This document shows positions 39,375 through 48,606 of a DNA stretch of 64,000 nt, one piece after another; the stretch's first letter is position 1; each line of letters begins with the position of its first letter. The notes under the pieces were generated by a model. That model was not told where the DNA came from. It was given only the letters and a program-made list of their open reading frames with translations, and searched no databases. A program made the translations under genes and the position numbers. The DNA is from Deltaproteobacteria bacterium (GTDB lineage Bacteria > Desulfobacterota > Desulfomonilia > UBA1062): assembly GCA_029552245.1 (NCBI GenBank), contig JAKPDW010000047.1:53935-117934 (forward strand). Direction: 5' to 3'.

Positions 39375-39827
39375 CTATGTCCTGCGCCTCTTCCTCACGG
39401 CCGGGGTGTCGGGGAAGATGCTGAGACCTTCCCGGTTCTCCGAGCAGATCCTCTTCCACTCCCTGACGTCCGAGACCTTGTACACAACGATGGCGAGCTC
39501 CATGGTGTTCTTGTCCGTCCGCACCACGTCGCCCCAGATCACCACGTTCTCGTCCTCGAGCACCACTTCTATGGGCCTGCCCACGACCTGCGCGGAGTTG
39601 GCGGGCGTGAGGCTCGTCCTGGCCTCCATGGGCGTAGCCACGATCTTGAGGGAGAGCCCCCCTATCGAGATATCCCTGGTCTCGGCGAGGGCCACGATGT
39701 TCTGGATCCCCTTGAGGATCTTCCCGGAGTCCCTGCTCGAGAAGGAGATCTTGAGCCTGGCGGGGATGCTTGCCCTCTTCCTCTCGTGCCTTCTTCTCTC
39801 GGCCTTCTTCTGCCCGGTAAGAGACAT
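39375..39827 (-). CDS. PilZ domain protein
   Basis: ERRRHER (RxxxR) and DISIGG (DxSxxG). Confidence 0.85.
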   Translation of the reverse strand: MSLTGQKKAERRRHERKRASIPARLKISFSSRDSGKILKGIQNIVALAETRDISIGGLSLKIVATPMEARTSLTPANSAQVVGRPIEVVLEDENVVIWGDVVRTDKNTMELAIVVYKVSDVREWKRICSENREGLSIFPDTPAVRKRRRT

Positions 39828-40375
39828 GGTTCTCTTTTCGTCAGGAATCCGGGTTTCCTTTAGGAAAAGGCCCCTTCGATCCTGGTGTCGCACGCGGGTC
39901 ATCACCGGTCTTGAGACCCGCTTTGCCGATCACACACAAGGGGTGAGGCTCGTACGATGAACCCTTCCAGCAAGTCGCCCCATGAAGCGCGACGACCGCA
40001 TTCGACAACGTTGCGAACCATGGCATCCCCACCTCGGAATGGGCGCCCGAGAGCCCTGCCGCGTCGAACGCGCGGCAGGAGGTGACGCCCCACTGAACCC
40101 CGGGGACCTCTCACGGGCCGACAGGGCACGTGAGGGGAAGCCGGTCCTCCGGGGTGACTCGCCGAGCCTTGGGGCACCCTTCAGGGCCTGGGCATCGAGC
40201 TTTCCAGCCCTTCACCTCATGCCGGGCATGCAGGAGTGTTCGGGTATCTCTCGGGCAATGCCTGCTTTTCTTTTTCATGGATGTCATGTATAGCAACCTC
40301 TGGCCGTGCATGCTCCGTGCGCATGCCGCGTGTCCTGACGATATGCGTGTGCCATAGGTGGAGGGAGGAGACACG

Positions 40376-40717
40376 ATGACACCAGGCGATGAGACCCCGG
40401 AACGCAGAAGACACCGGAGGAAGCAGGTCCACATCACGGTCCTCCTCAAGGTGGGCGTCCTGTTGAACGGCAGGGGGGTGGCAAAGGATATAAGCCCGGG
40501 AGGAATGCGCCTGGTCTCTTCCCAGATCTTCAAGGCCACGACCACGATCCAGGCCAAGGATTACGAGGGTTCGACCATGAGGGTGATGGTCCCCACCGAG
40601 GGACTGACCGTCAACGGCGTCATCGCATGGGTGGACCTCAAGAAGGGGGAAGGGGCCTTGAAGGTCCAGTCGACTTCCGACGACGCGAAGTGGGCTGCCT
40701 TGACCTCCACCGAGTGA
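40376..40717 (+). CDS. PilZ domain protein
   Basis: ERRRHRR and DISPGG motifs; GGAGGGAGG RBS. Confidence 0.85.
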   Translation: MTPGDETPERRRHRRKQVHITVLLKVGVLLNGRGVAKDISPGGMRLVSSQIFKATTTIQAKDYEGSTMRVMVPTEGLTVNGVIAWVDLKKGEGALKVQSTSDDAKWAALTSTE

Positions 40718-40813
40718 AGTCCGCCCGCCGGGTTGACGACGACCTCCCCGCCGTCTTCGTCTTCAAGACCGCCGCGAAGGGTTCCCACTCCGGCAGCCGG
40801 CGTCATGCCGCGC

Positions 40814-41533
40814 CTAGCGGGCGCAAGACTTCTCGTATTCCTCGTCCACCTTGAGGTCATCCCCACGGGCCGCCCTGCGTGCGAGCTCGTCGCAGCGTTC
40901 GTTCTCCGGCTGCCCGGCGTGCCCCCTCACCCACCTGAACGACACCTTCCTGCCTTCCAGGAGCTCCAGGAGCTCTGACCAGAGGTCAGCGTTGAGGGCC
41001 CTGTGCGCCTTGTCCCTCATCCACCCGTTCGAACGCCACTTCCTGGCCCAGCCCTTCTCCACGGCGGAGACGAGGTACTGGGAATCGGTGTAGATCGTCA
41101 CCCCGCCCTGGTCTCTCGCCGTCTCCTTCAGCGCCTGGATGCAGGCGTAGAGCTCCATGCGGTTGTTCGTCGTGAGCCGGAAGCCACCCGAGATCTCCTT
41201 GCACATACCGTCCCTGACGATGATAGCGGCCCACCCGCCGGGCCCAGGGTTTTCGATGCACCCGCCGTCGGTGAAGACGACCACGCCCCCCTTTTCTGCA
41301 TGCGCATCGACAAGGACCCGGCCAGCCTTGTGCTTTGGCCTGCTCGACGACGATCGACCCCCCGGCGACGAGAGGAATCTCCTCGCCTCCTCGAGGGTGT
41401 CGAACCCCTTGTAGAGGGCGTCTTTGTACCCTTCCACCTGCACGAGCGCGCCAGTGGGCCCGTACCACTGGGTGTATATCCCGGGGGTCCTGCCCCTCAG
41501 CACGGCATAGTATCGCTTCTTCTTCTTTGTCAC
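40814..41533 (-). CDS. rnhA: Ribonuclease HI with N-terminal hybrid-binding domain
   Basis: YYAV..GRTPGIY..W; FTDGGC..NPGPGG, TTNNRMEL, TDSQY, WVRGHAG..ENERCD. Confidence 0.93.
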   Translation of the reverse strand: MTKKKKRYYAVLRGRTPGIYTQWYGPTGALVQVEGYKDALYKGFDTLEEARRFLSSPGGRSSSSRPKHKAGRVLVDAHAEKGGVVVFTDGGCIENPGPGGWAAIIVRDGMCKEISGGFRLTTNNRMELYACIQALKETARDQGGVTIYTDSQYLVSAVEKGWARKWRSNGWMRDKAHRALNADLWSELLELLEGRKVSFRWVRGHAGQPENERCDELARRAARGDDLKVDEEYEKSCAR

Positions 41534-41592
41534 CGTGGCATCCTCGACGCCTCCCGAGCGTTCTCGTCGCGCGGCCGCGCGGGAAGACCGGG

Positions 41593-42399
41593 TCACGACC
41601 TCAAGCGCATCTTCTCGAGCAACTCCAGGGCGCCCTTGTGTCCCGAGGACGCCGCCTTCTGGAACCACTCGAGAGAGGCGGCCCTGTCCTTGACGGTCCC
41701 TTCCCCCCTGCCGTACATGAACCCCAGGCTGTACTGGGCGTCCGCGTCCCCCTGCTGTGCAGAGAGGAGGAACCACTTGAGCGCCTTCTCGAAGTCCTTT
41801 TCCACGCCCTCGCCGTGATAGTACATGACGCCCACGTTGTACTGGGCGTTTGCATCCCCGGCCTCGGCCTTGGCGAGGTACTTCTCGAACAGTTCCCTCT
41901 TGTCTCGGTCATGGGGTTGCCCTTCCTCTCCGCGACCGACCGTCAAGGCGCCCTCTTCGGCGAGGTCGTCGACCCGGGCGGCTTCTGGACCTGCCCCGAA
42001 TGCATCCCACCGCCCTGATTCGAGGATCACGCGGGAGCGTTCGTGCCCCAGCGATGCCGCCCTCGAGTACCAGGCAAAGGCCTCCCTGTCGTTCTTGAGC
42101 ACGCCGTGACCCTTTTCGTACATGGTCGCCAGGATGAACTGGGCCTCTGCATGGTCCTGGGATGCCGCCTTCGAGAACCACGCCGCCGCCTCCCTGTCGT
42201 CCCTGGGTACTGCGGTCCCCTCGTAGTAGATCTGGCCAAGCCTGAACTGGGCGTATGCGTCGCCCTTGTCCGCGAGTTCCCTGAGGCTGGAGATCTCCCC
42301 CGTGTCGATCTTTTCCGACCTGCGGTTGAGGAACCAGAAGGCGAGCAGGAACACGGCGAACACAACGAGCGCGATGAGAAGGTTGAGGGACATGTCCAT
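41593..42399 (-). CDS. Membrane-anchored Sel1-repeat protein
   Basis: N-term TM; repeated AQ..LG.MY..G.GV..D...A..W...AA. Confidence 0.9.
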   Translation of the reverse strand: MDMSLNLLIALVVFAVFLLAFWFLNRRSEKIDTGEISSLRELADKGDAYAQFRLGQIYYEGTAVPRDDREAAAWFSKAASQDHAEAQFILATMYEKGHGVLKNDREAFAWYSRAASLGHERSRVILESGRWDAFGAGPEAARVDDLAEEGALTVGRGEEGQPHDRDKRELFEKYLAKAEAGDANAQYNVGVMYYHGEGVEKDFEKALKWFLLSAQQGDADAQYSLGFMYGRGEGTVKDRAASLEWFQKAASSGHKGALELLEKMRLRS

Positions 42400-42528
42400 G
42401 GGATCGTGCTATGCCATTTTCACCGCGAAATCAACCACACCCTGCCCACGCGAGGCTGCAAAGGGCGCACGTGGGGCGCCCGTCTCTCTCCGCGCACGGC
42501 ATTCATCGGCCGCATGGGAACACGGGCT

Positions 42529-42978
42529 TCAGATACGGTCTATGATGCCCGCAAGTTCGCTGTCCGACAGCAGCCTCTTTGCGAACTTGATGTACTTCAT
42601 CACGATGGAGCGGATGGCGAGCTGAAGGGCGTACGGCCTTACGGGTTTCTCGAGGAGGTGGCTCACGCCGGTGGCCACGCACATGTCGACCACGTCATCG
42701 CTGGCCATGCCCGAGATCATCACGGTGTCCATGGCCGCGTTGGGATACTTCTCGCTGATCGAGTCCAGGAAGGCGAACCCGTTGGACTGGCCCACGAAGA
42801 CGTCCAGCACGAAAACCATCAGCCCCTTGTCCCTCCCGAGGCAGTACTCGGTGGCCGCGGCGTAGTCCTGGAACGTGACGATCTCCCCCCAAGTGTAGAA
42901 CTTGCCGATGGTCTCCGCGAGCACCCCGCACACGTGGTATTCGTCGTCCACGATGACGACATCGAGTCCGTCAGACAT
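42529..42978 (-). CDS. Single-domain response regulator
   Basis: IVDDE, VLDV, ISG, LEKP receiver motifs. Confidence 0.85.
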   Translation of the reverse strand: MSDGLDVVIVDDEYHVCGVLAETIGKFYTWGEIVTFQDYAAATEYCLGRDKGLMVFVLDVFVGQSNGFAFLDSISEKYPNAAMDTVMISGMASDDVVDMCVATGVSHLLEKPVRPYALQLAIRSIVMKYIKFAKRLLSDSELAGIIDRI

Positions 42979-43127
42979 CCTTTCCCCCCGGGATCGGTCT
43001 ATGAGCAATGACTTTGCGACATGAGAATCTCAAGCCGACAACGTTATATCCCAAGACAAGCACTCTTACAATCGTTTGCTGGGCTCGGTCCCTCAATCGG
43101 GCTGGACGGGACGCAACCCGCCCTCCC

Positions 43128-43279
43128 CGTGCGCCCCTCGTGCACGGGCTGCCTGGGGTTTTGGGGATACTGACCGGGGGCTCCGTGGATCGTGTGCCCC
43201 TCGTGTACGGGCCGCCCGTTGAACTGCGCCGCCCTGAAGTCGTTGCCGTCAGCGTGAGCCTATCGTGTACGGGCGACCC
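43128..43279. repeat. Three-unit array: 27 nt repeats, periods 63 and 62, unrelated spacers
   Basis: cgtgcgcccctcgtgcacgggctgcct (43128), cgtgtgcccctcgtgtacgggccgccc (43191), cgtgagcctatcgtgtacgggcgaccc (43253); 23/27 and 22/27. Confidence 0.85.
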
Positions 43280-43441
43280 CTTGAGGGTCGTGGGCGCGGC
43301 CCCAGGTGCGACACGGCCGGGAAAGCCCGGCGGACGGGCATCCCGACAATAGCGGGAATCGGCCGGTAGCCGGCCGACAAAAGGGGCGGCGCTTTCCGAC
43401 AGGCTCCCGCGACCTCTCCCACGTCCCGGCGGAGGCAAGGT

Positions 43442-44218
43442 TCAGACCGCCAGGAGGAACCCGTACCACAGGCACACGAGCGCCGTGCACACACCGTCTT
43501 TCAGGCTCACCCTGGGCTCTCTCATCCTGCTCCGCACGATGCCTGGCCTGTACCCCCTCAGGGTCAGCGCGACCGCGAGATCCTCGGCGCGCCTGAAGGC
43601 GCCGTGCATGAGCGGAACCACGACGCTGACCATGGCCCTGGTCCTCCTGAAGACGTTCCCCGACTCGAGGTCCACGCCCCGCGCCTTCTGGGCGCGCGTG
43701 ATCCTGTCGGCCTCCTCGAAGAGCAGGGGGATGAACCTGATGGCGAGCATGACCGCGAGCGCTATCTCCTCGGTGGGGACGTTCAGGTACTTGAGAGGCC
43801 TCATGAACCACTGCATGGCCCACACCATGTCGAGGGATGACGTGGTCAGCGTGGTGAGCGTGGACACCCACAGGGCCAGCACGAGCTGCGCACCCACCCT
43901 GATCCCGCCCTCGAGCCCCTGCCTCGTGGCAAAGGGCACGAGGGGCAGGGGGTCTCCGCCCGTCATGAAGACGTGAAGCAGGGCCGTGGCCGCAAACAGC
44001 CAGATGAACGGCTTCAGGCCCCTGTACAGGTCGCCGAACGATATCTTCGAGATGAACGTGCAGAACACGAGACCCAGGGCGAACAGGACGAGCGTGCCCG
44101 CCCTGTCCAGCCTGAAGGAGACCCCTATGCTCAGGCCCATGACGACGAGCTTGACGCGAGCGTCGAGCGCGTGCACGAGAGAGTCCCGCGGAAGGTACTG
44201 TCCCAGGGTCGTCTTCAT
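43442..44218 (-). CDS. ecfT: Energy-coupling factor transporter transmembrane component EcfT
   Basis: GQYLP.DS.VH.LDARVK, AIRFIP, AQKARG, LRGY. Confidence 0.9.
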   Translation of the reverse strand: MKTTLGQYLPRDSLVHALDARVKLVVMGLSIGVSFRLDRAGTLVLFALGLVFCTFISKISFGDLYRGLKPFIWLFAATALLHVFMTGGDPLPLVPFATRQGLEGGIRVGAQLVLALWVSTLTTLTTSSLDMVWAMQWFMRPLKYLNVPTEEIALAVMLAIRFIPLLFEEADRITRAQKARGVDLESGNVFRRTRAMVSVVVPLMHGAFRRAEDLAVALTLRGYRPGIVRSRMREPRVSLKDGVCTALVCLWYGFLLAV

Positions 44219-44237
44219 CGCCTTGTTCGCACGTTCT

Positions 44238-45263
44238 TCAGTCCCTCTTGGCGGACCTCCCGGCAAGCGCCAGCTCCGCTATCTGCACGGCGTTGACGGC
44301 CGAACCCTTGCGGACGTTGTCGCAGGCGGTGAAGAACGCCACGCCGTGGTCGAACGCATCGTCCCTCCTGATTCTCCCCACCAGGCACTCGTCCAGGCCG
44401 AGCGCGTCGACCTGCGTGGGATACACGTCCTGCCCCGGGTCATCGCGAAGCTCGAGGCCCTGCTGATGAGCGAGGACCTTCTTCAAGGTCTGAGGATCCA
44501 TCTCCCCATCGGTCTCCACCACCACGCTGGCCGCGTGGGCGTAGAACACCGGCACCTGCATGCAGGTCACGCTCAGGGACATGGTATCCGCCTTGAGGAT
44601 CTTGCGGATTTCCGCCTCGATCGCCCTCTCCTCGAGGGTATGCCTGTCCTCGGCGAAACCCCCCACCACGGGGATGAGGTTGAACGCGATCTGGTGCGGA
44701 AAGACCCGCGAACTCGTATCCTTGAAGGTGAAGAGGTCCCTGATCTGGGAGGTGAGCTCGTCCATGGCCGATTCGCCGGACTCGGACAACGGGTGGAAGG
44801 ACGTGATCACAGCGCGCTTGACCCGCGTCACGCGGTGGATGGGCGCCAGGACCATGGCCAGTTCCACCGCGGCGGGCCTGGGGGAGGCGATGACCCCCTT
44901 GTGGAACTGGATGTCCTGGCAGTTCAGCTCGGGGATCACGAGCGGGACGTCGTTCTTGAGGGCACAGTGGCCGCCGAGGTCAACGACGAGGCATCCCGAC
45001 GTGCGCGCCCGCTCGATGAGCTCTGTCCCCATGGGCGTCCTCGCCGCCACGAACGCCAGGTCGACCCCGTCGAACCCAAAGCCCTCCGCAGGGGTCATGG
45101 CGACGGATTCGCCCCTGAACTCCACCGCAGACCCCGCGTACCTGCGGCCGGCCAGCGCGACGAGGCGCCCCACGGGGAAGTCCCGCTCGGCCAGCACGTG
45201 CAGGATCTCCTTCCCCACGGGCGTCGCCGGTTCGACAACCGCCACGGTCAAGCCGTCTGACAT
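44238..45263 (-). CDS. Usg-like aspartate-semialdehyde dehydrogenase paralog, probably inactive
   Basis: Asd fold motifs (PLVIPELN, FPHQIAFNLIP, VGRIR.D, DNVRKGSA.NAVQIAE); GxxG replaced by EPATPVG, NC replaced by SPRP. Confidence 0.85.
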   Translation of the reverse strand: MSDGLTVAVVEPATPVGKEILHVLAERDFPVGRLVALAGRRYAGSAVEFRGESVAMTPAEGFGFDGVDLAFVAARTPMGTELIERARTSGCLVVDLGGHCALKNDVPLVIPELNCQDIQFHKGVIASPRPAAVELAMVLAPIHRVTRVKRAVITSFHPLSESGESAMDELTSQIRDLFTFKDTSSRVFPHQIAFNLIPVVGGFAEDRHTLEERAIEAEIRKILKADTMSLSVTCMQVPVFYAHAASVVVETDGEMDPQTLKKVLAHQQGLELRDDPGQDVYPTQVDALGLDECLVGRIRRDDAFDHGVAFFTACDNVRKGSAVNAVQIAELALAGRSAKRD

Positions 45264-45698
45264 GGTCTCGATCACCTCCGTCGGTGAGTCGTATGTAGCA
45301 GAAAACGTCACCTTCAACCACAGGAAAGGATGCGGCGCGGCCATGCCGCCCGGCACGCGACAGGCGATGCCTCCGGAAAGACCCGAAACTGAATGGCCGA
45401 TGCATGCAGGGGGTTGTGGGGCAGGGTTCACGAGGCGCATCCCCGGAGTGCAAGGCTCATCCCGCCCGCCCCTCGCATCGCGCTCAGGGCGCGCTCCCGG
45501 TCGACCCCCGCAGCCGACGGCCCCGCCTCGTGCACCCCGACCTTGGGCCTCCTGTGCTTCTTGAGTGCCGCTCGAGACCGGCCGAGGGCTCGAGAAACAC
45601 CCCGACCTCGGCCGGTGAGGCGTCCCTGGGGTCGGTGGCCCCCTGTCCCAGGACCTCCACGGCCCGGTCCCTCAACGAGGGTGCGAAGGTCGGGCCGG

Positions 45699-45904
45699 CC
45701 CCCATGCGTGAGGCATATCCGACGGTTCATGGAAGATATCCATGGGTAAGAAACAGCCTACCCCCATGCGTAAGGCATATCCCTCTCTTGTGGGCGAAGA
45801 GGTCGGCCTCGAGGCAGCCTACCCCCTTGCGTGGGGCATACCCTATGGCAGGCGAAAGGGGGGAGGCGCGGCCTTCTGTCGGCCCCCTTGCGTGAGGCAT
45901 ATCT
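45699..45904. repeat. Four-unit CRISPR-like array (22-nt core, up to 29 nt; periods 62, 61, 61)
   Basis: cccccWtgcgtRRggcataYcY at 45699, 45761, 45822, 45883; units 2 and 3 share cagccta, giving 29 nt repeat + 32 nt spacer. Confidence 0.88.
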
Positions 45905-46200
45905 CCCCAGGGGAAGGCCTTCCCGAAACAGGCCCATGCGCTGTCCCCCTCTTACGTTCACGCGCAACCTTTTGACCCCACGAGGAAAACCCTCGGCCCC
46001 AAGCCCCCTCTCCCCCCGAACGGCTCTTCCCTGTCCTCCCACCTTTTGATGCTATATCCATTTATTTTCCGTATGCCGCTCAGCCCCCTTGCATGCCTGC
46101 CGGCCGCACCCGGGCGGGGCTTCACTCTCCTCTTCCATTCCGTCACGCTCTGTACTAGTCTGTAGGGAACTCGGTCCTGAAAACCGCGATTGAGGTTCCC

Positions 46201-46812
46201 ATGCGAAACCCCCTCCACCAGGGCAGAATGGACGGCATGTGCGGCATCTACGCCGTGATGAACGGCGTGTCGGTGCTCGTGCAGAACCGCCTGTCCACCT
46301 CGGACCTGTCGGATCTCTTCAAGGAGCTGGTTTCCGCCCTCTACCGCCGCAACCACTCGAGGAGACCGCGCAAGTCCCTGCCCATCGAGTTCATCTGGGA
46401 GGGGACGAACGTGCACGAGATCTCGCTCTTGCTGCGTACGAGCAAGGCCTTCCTCGCACTCTACGACCTCGAGCTCGTCTGGTCCCGGCCGCTCCAGGGC
46501 AGGTCGAGGCCCTCCACGGTCGGACAGTACTGGGCGAGGCTCAAGAAGTGCTTCGATGACTGCGAGGGAAGGTGCGTCGCGATCCTGGACTACAACTTCG
46601 ACGGCGATGAGGGCGAGGAGGGCCACTGGACCTGCGTGGAAAAGATGACCGAGAGGACCATGAGGCTGCTCGACTCCTCCTTGAGCATCCACAGCCCGAG
46701 GGGCGTCATCAGGAGAAGCGCCTGCACCCTGGGCGAGAAGACCCCGCGGAGACCCTACCGCCTCTTCCCTCACAACGTCTACCTGGTCAGGTTGCGCCAG
46801 GGTGACGAGTGA
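46201..46812 (+). CDS. Hypothetical papain-fold / C39-like cysteine peptidase
   Basis: QG.MDGMCGIYAVMN (Gln, Cys), GHW (His), LLDS (Asp); GAGG RBS; convergent with leuD. Confidence 0.7.
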   Translation: MRNPLHQGRMDGMCGIYAVMNGVSVLVQNRLSTSDLSDLFKELVSALYRRNHSRRPRKSLPIEFIWEGTNVHEISLLLRTSKAFLALYDLELVWSRPLQGRSRPSTVGQYWARLKKCFDDCEGRCVAILDYNFDGDEGEEGHWTCVEKMTERTMRLLDSSLSIHSPRGVIRRSACTLGEKTPRRPYRLFPHNVYLVRLRQGDE

Positions 46813-46839
46813 GCGGGGGGTGCGGGGATCCCCGGGGTA

Positions 46840-47334
46840 TCAGATCCCGCCCCGCTTCCTGATGTGCTCCATGAGCCCGCCGTCGGCGATGAGCTCCTGC
46901 ATGAAAGCCGGGATGGGCCTCGCCTCGAAGCTCTTCTTCGCGCTCAGGTTCGTGATGAGACCGGTGTCCGCGTCCACCTCGAGGATATCACCCTCCTTCA
47001 CGCCCCTGACCGCCTCGTCGCACTCGAATATGGGCAGGCCCATGTTGAAGCTGTTCCGGAAGAAGATCCGGGCGAAGCTCGACGCGATCACGCAGCTCAC
47101 CCCGGAGGCCTTGATCGCTATCGGCGCGTGCTCGCGGGAGGACCCGCAGCCGAAATTCTTGCCCGCCACGATGATATCTCCCGGGCTCACCCTGCGGGCG
47201 AACGTCGGGTCGGCATCCTCCATGCAGTGCCCGGCGAGTTCCCGCGGGTCCGACGTGTTGAGGTACCGCGCCGGGATGATGGCATCCGTGTCCACGTCGT
47301 CGCCGAATACGAACGCCCTTCCCTTGAACTTCAT
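46840..47334 (-). CDS. leuD: 3-isopropylmalate dehydratase small subunit
   Basis: [34 protein letters not shown]. Confidence 0.93.
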   Translation of the reverse strand: MKFKGRAFVFGDDVDTDAIIPARYLNTSDPRELAGHCMEDADPTFARRVSPGDIIVAGKNFGCGSSREHAPIAIKASGVSCVIASSFARIFFRNSFNMGLPIFECDEAVRGVKEGDILEVDADTGLITNLSAKKSFEARPIPAFMQELIADGGLMEHIRKRGGI

Positions 47335-48596
47335 CCCTTCACCTCCCCGGGGTCCGTGATGACGCCGGTCACGGCGGAGGCTGCCGCCACGGCCGGCCCC
47401 GACAGGTAGACCTCGCTCGATGGGTCTCCCATCCTGCCCACGAAGTTCCGGTTCGTCGTGGCGATCGCCTTCTCGCCTCTGGCCAGGATGCCCATGTGGC
47501 CGCCGAGGCACGGTCCGCACGTGGGCGGCCCTATGATCGCCCCGGCCTCGATGAAGATGTCGAGAAGCCCCTCCTTGAGGGCCTGGCGGTAGACCTCGGG
47601 GGTCGCGGGCAGGACGAGGCAGCGCACCCCCCGGGCCACCTTGTTTCCCTTGAGGAAGCCTGCCGCCACGCGCAGGTCCTCGATGCGCCCGTTGGTGCAG
47701 GAACCGATCACCACCTGGTCGATCCTCACGTGGCCGGCCTCCCGTGCCGGGCGGACGTTCTCGGGCAGGTGGGGGAACGCCACGAGGGGCTCTATGGAGG
47801 CTGAGTCGACGGAGACGACCCGTTCGTATGCCGCGTCGTCGTCGCTCGCGAACACCCGGTAAGGCCGTGACGCCCTCTTTGACACGTATTCCTCGGTGAC
47901 TGCGTCCGGCGCGATGATCCCTGCCTTGCCGCCCGCCTCGATGGCCATGTTGCACATGCTCATGCGGTCGGCCATGCACAGGCGCGATATGGTATCGCCC
48001 GTAAACTCCATGACCTTGTACAGCGAGCCGTCGACCCCTATCAAGCCTATCACGTGGAGGATCAGGTCCTTCCCTCCCACGTGGGGCCTGAGCTCCCCGG
48101 TGAACTCGAACTTCAGGCTCGGCGGAACCTTCATCCACGCCTGCCCGGTGAGCATGGCGGCAGCGAGGTCGGTGCTGCCCACACCGGTGGCGAACGCGCC
48201 GAGCGCGCCGTAGGTGCACGTGTGGCTGTCCGCGCCGATGACCAGGTCGCCGGGCAGCACGAGCCCCTTCTCGGGGAGCAGCGCGTGCTCCACACCCGCC
48301 TCTCCGCCCTCGTAGAAGTGTTTCATGCCGTGCTCAAGAGCGAAGTCGCGCACGAACTTGCACTGGTTGGCCGAGGCGATGTCCTTGGTGGGCGTGAAGT
48401 GGTCGAGGACGAACACCACCCTGTCGGGATGGGCAAGGGCCGGCCTGTCAGCCTTTCTGAACTCCTGGATGGCGATCGGCGCCGTTATGTCGTTCGCCAG
48501 GGCCACGTCCACCGTGACCCGCACGATCTCCCCCGTCCGGACCGTCTCCATGCCCGCGTGGGCCGCGATGATCTTCTCGGCGATGGTCATGCCCAT
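47331..48596 (-). CDS. leuC: 3-isopropylmalate dehydratase large subunit
   Basis: [34 protein letters not shown]. Confidence 0.93.
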   Translation of the reverse strand: MGMTIAEKIIAAHAGMETVRTGEIVRVTVDVALANDITAPIAIQEFRKADRPALAHPDRVVFVLDHFTPTKDIASANQCKFVRDFALEHGMKHFYEGGEAGVEHALLPEKGLVLPGDLVIGADSHTCTYGALGAFATGVGSTDLAAAMLTGQAWMKVPPSLKFEFTGELRPHVGGKDLILHVIGLIGVDGSLYKVMEFTGDTISRLCMADRMSMCNMAIEAGGKAGIIAPDAVTEEYVSKRASRPYRVFASDDDAAYERVVSVDSASIEPLVAFPHLPENVRPAREAGHVRIDQVVIGSCTNGRIEDLRVAAGFLKGNKVARGVRCLVLPATPEVYRQALKEGLLDIFIEAGAIIGPPTCGPCLGGHMGILARGEKAIATTNRNFVGRMGDPSSEVYLSGPAVAAASAVTGVITDPGEVKG

Positions 48597-48606
48597 GGCA
48601 CCACCC

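Noticed and set aside
43009..43441. Possible truA remnant after ecfT
   Set aside because: No TruA motifs (e.g. GRTD.GVHA) in the translated frames.
45699..45904. Calling this or the other arrays a bona fide CRISPR locus
   Set aside because: No cas genes in the window, degenerate repeats, only 2-4 units and partly similar spacers, so they are reported as repeats.
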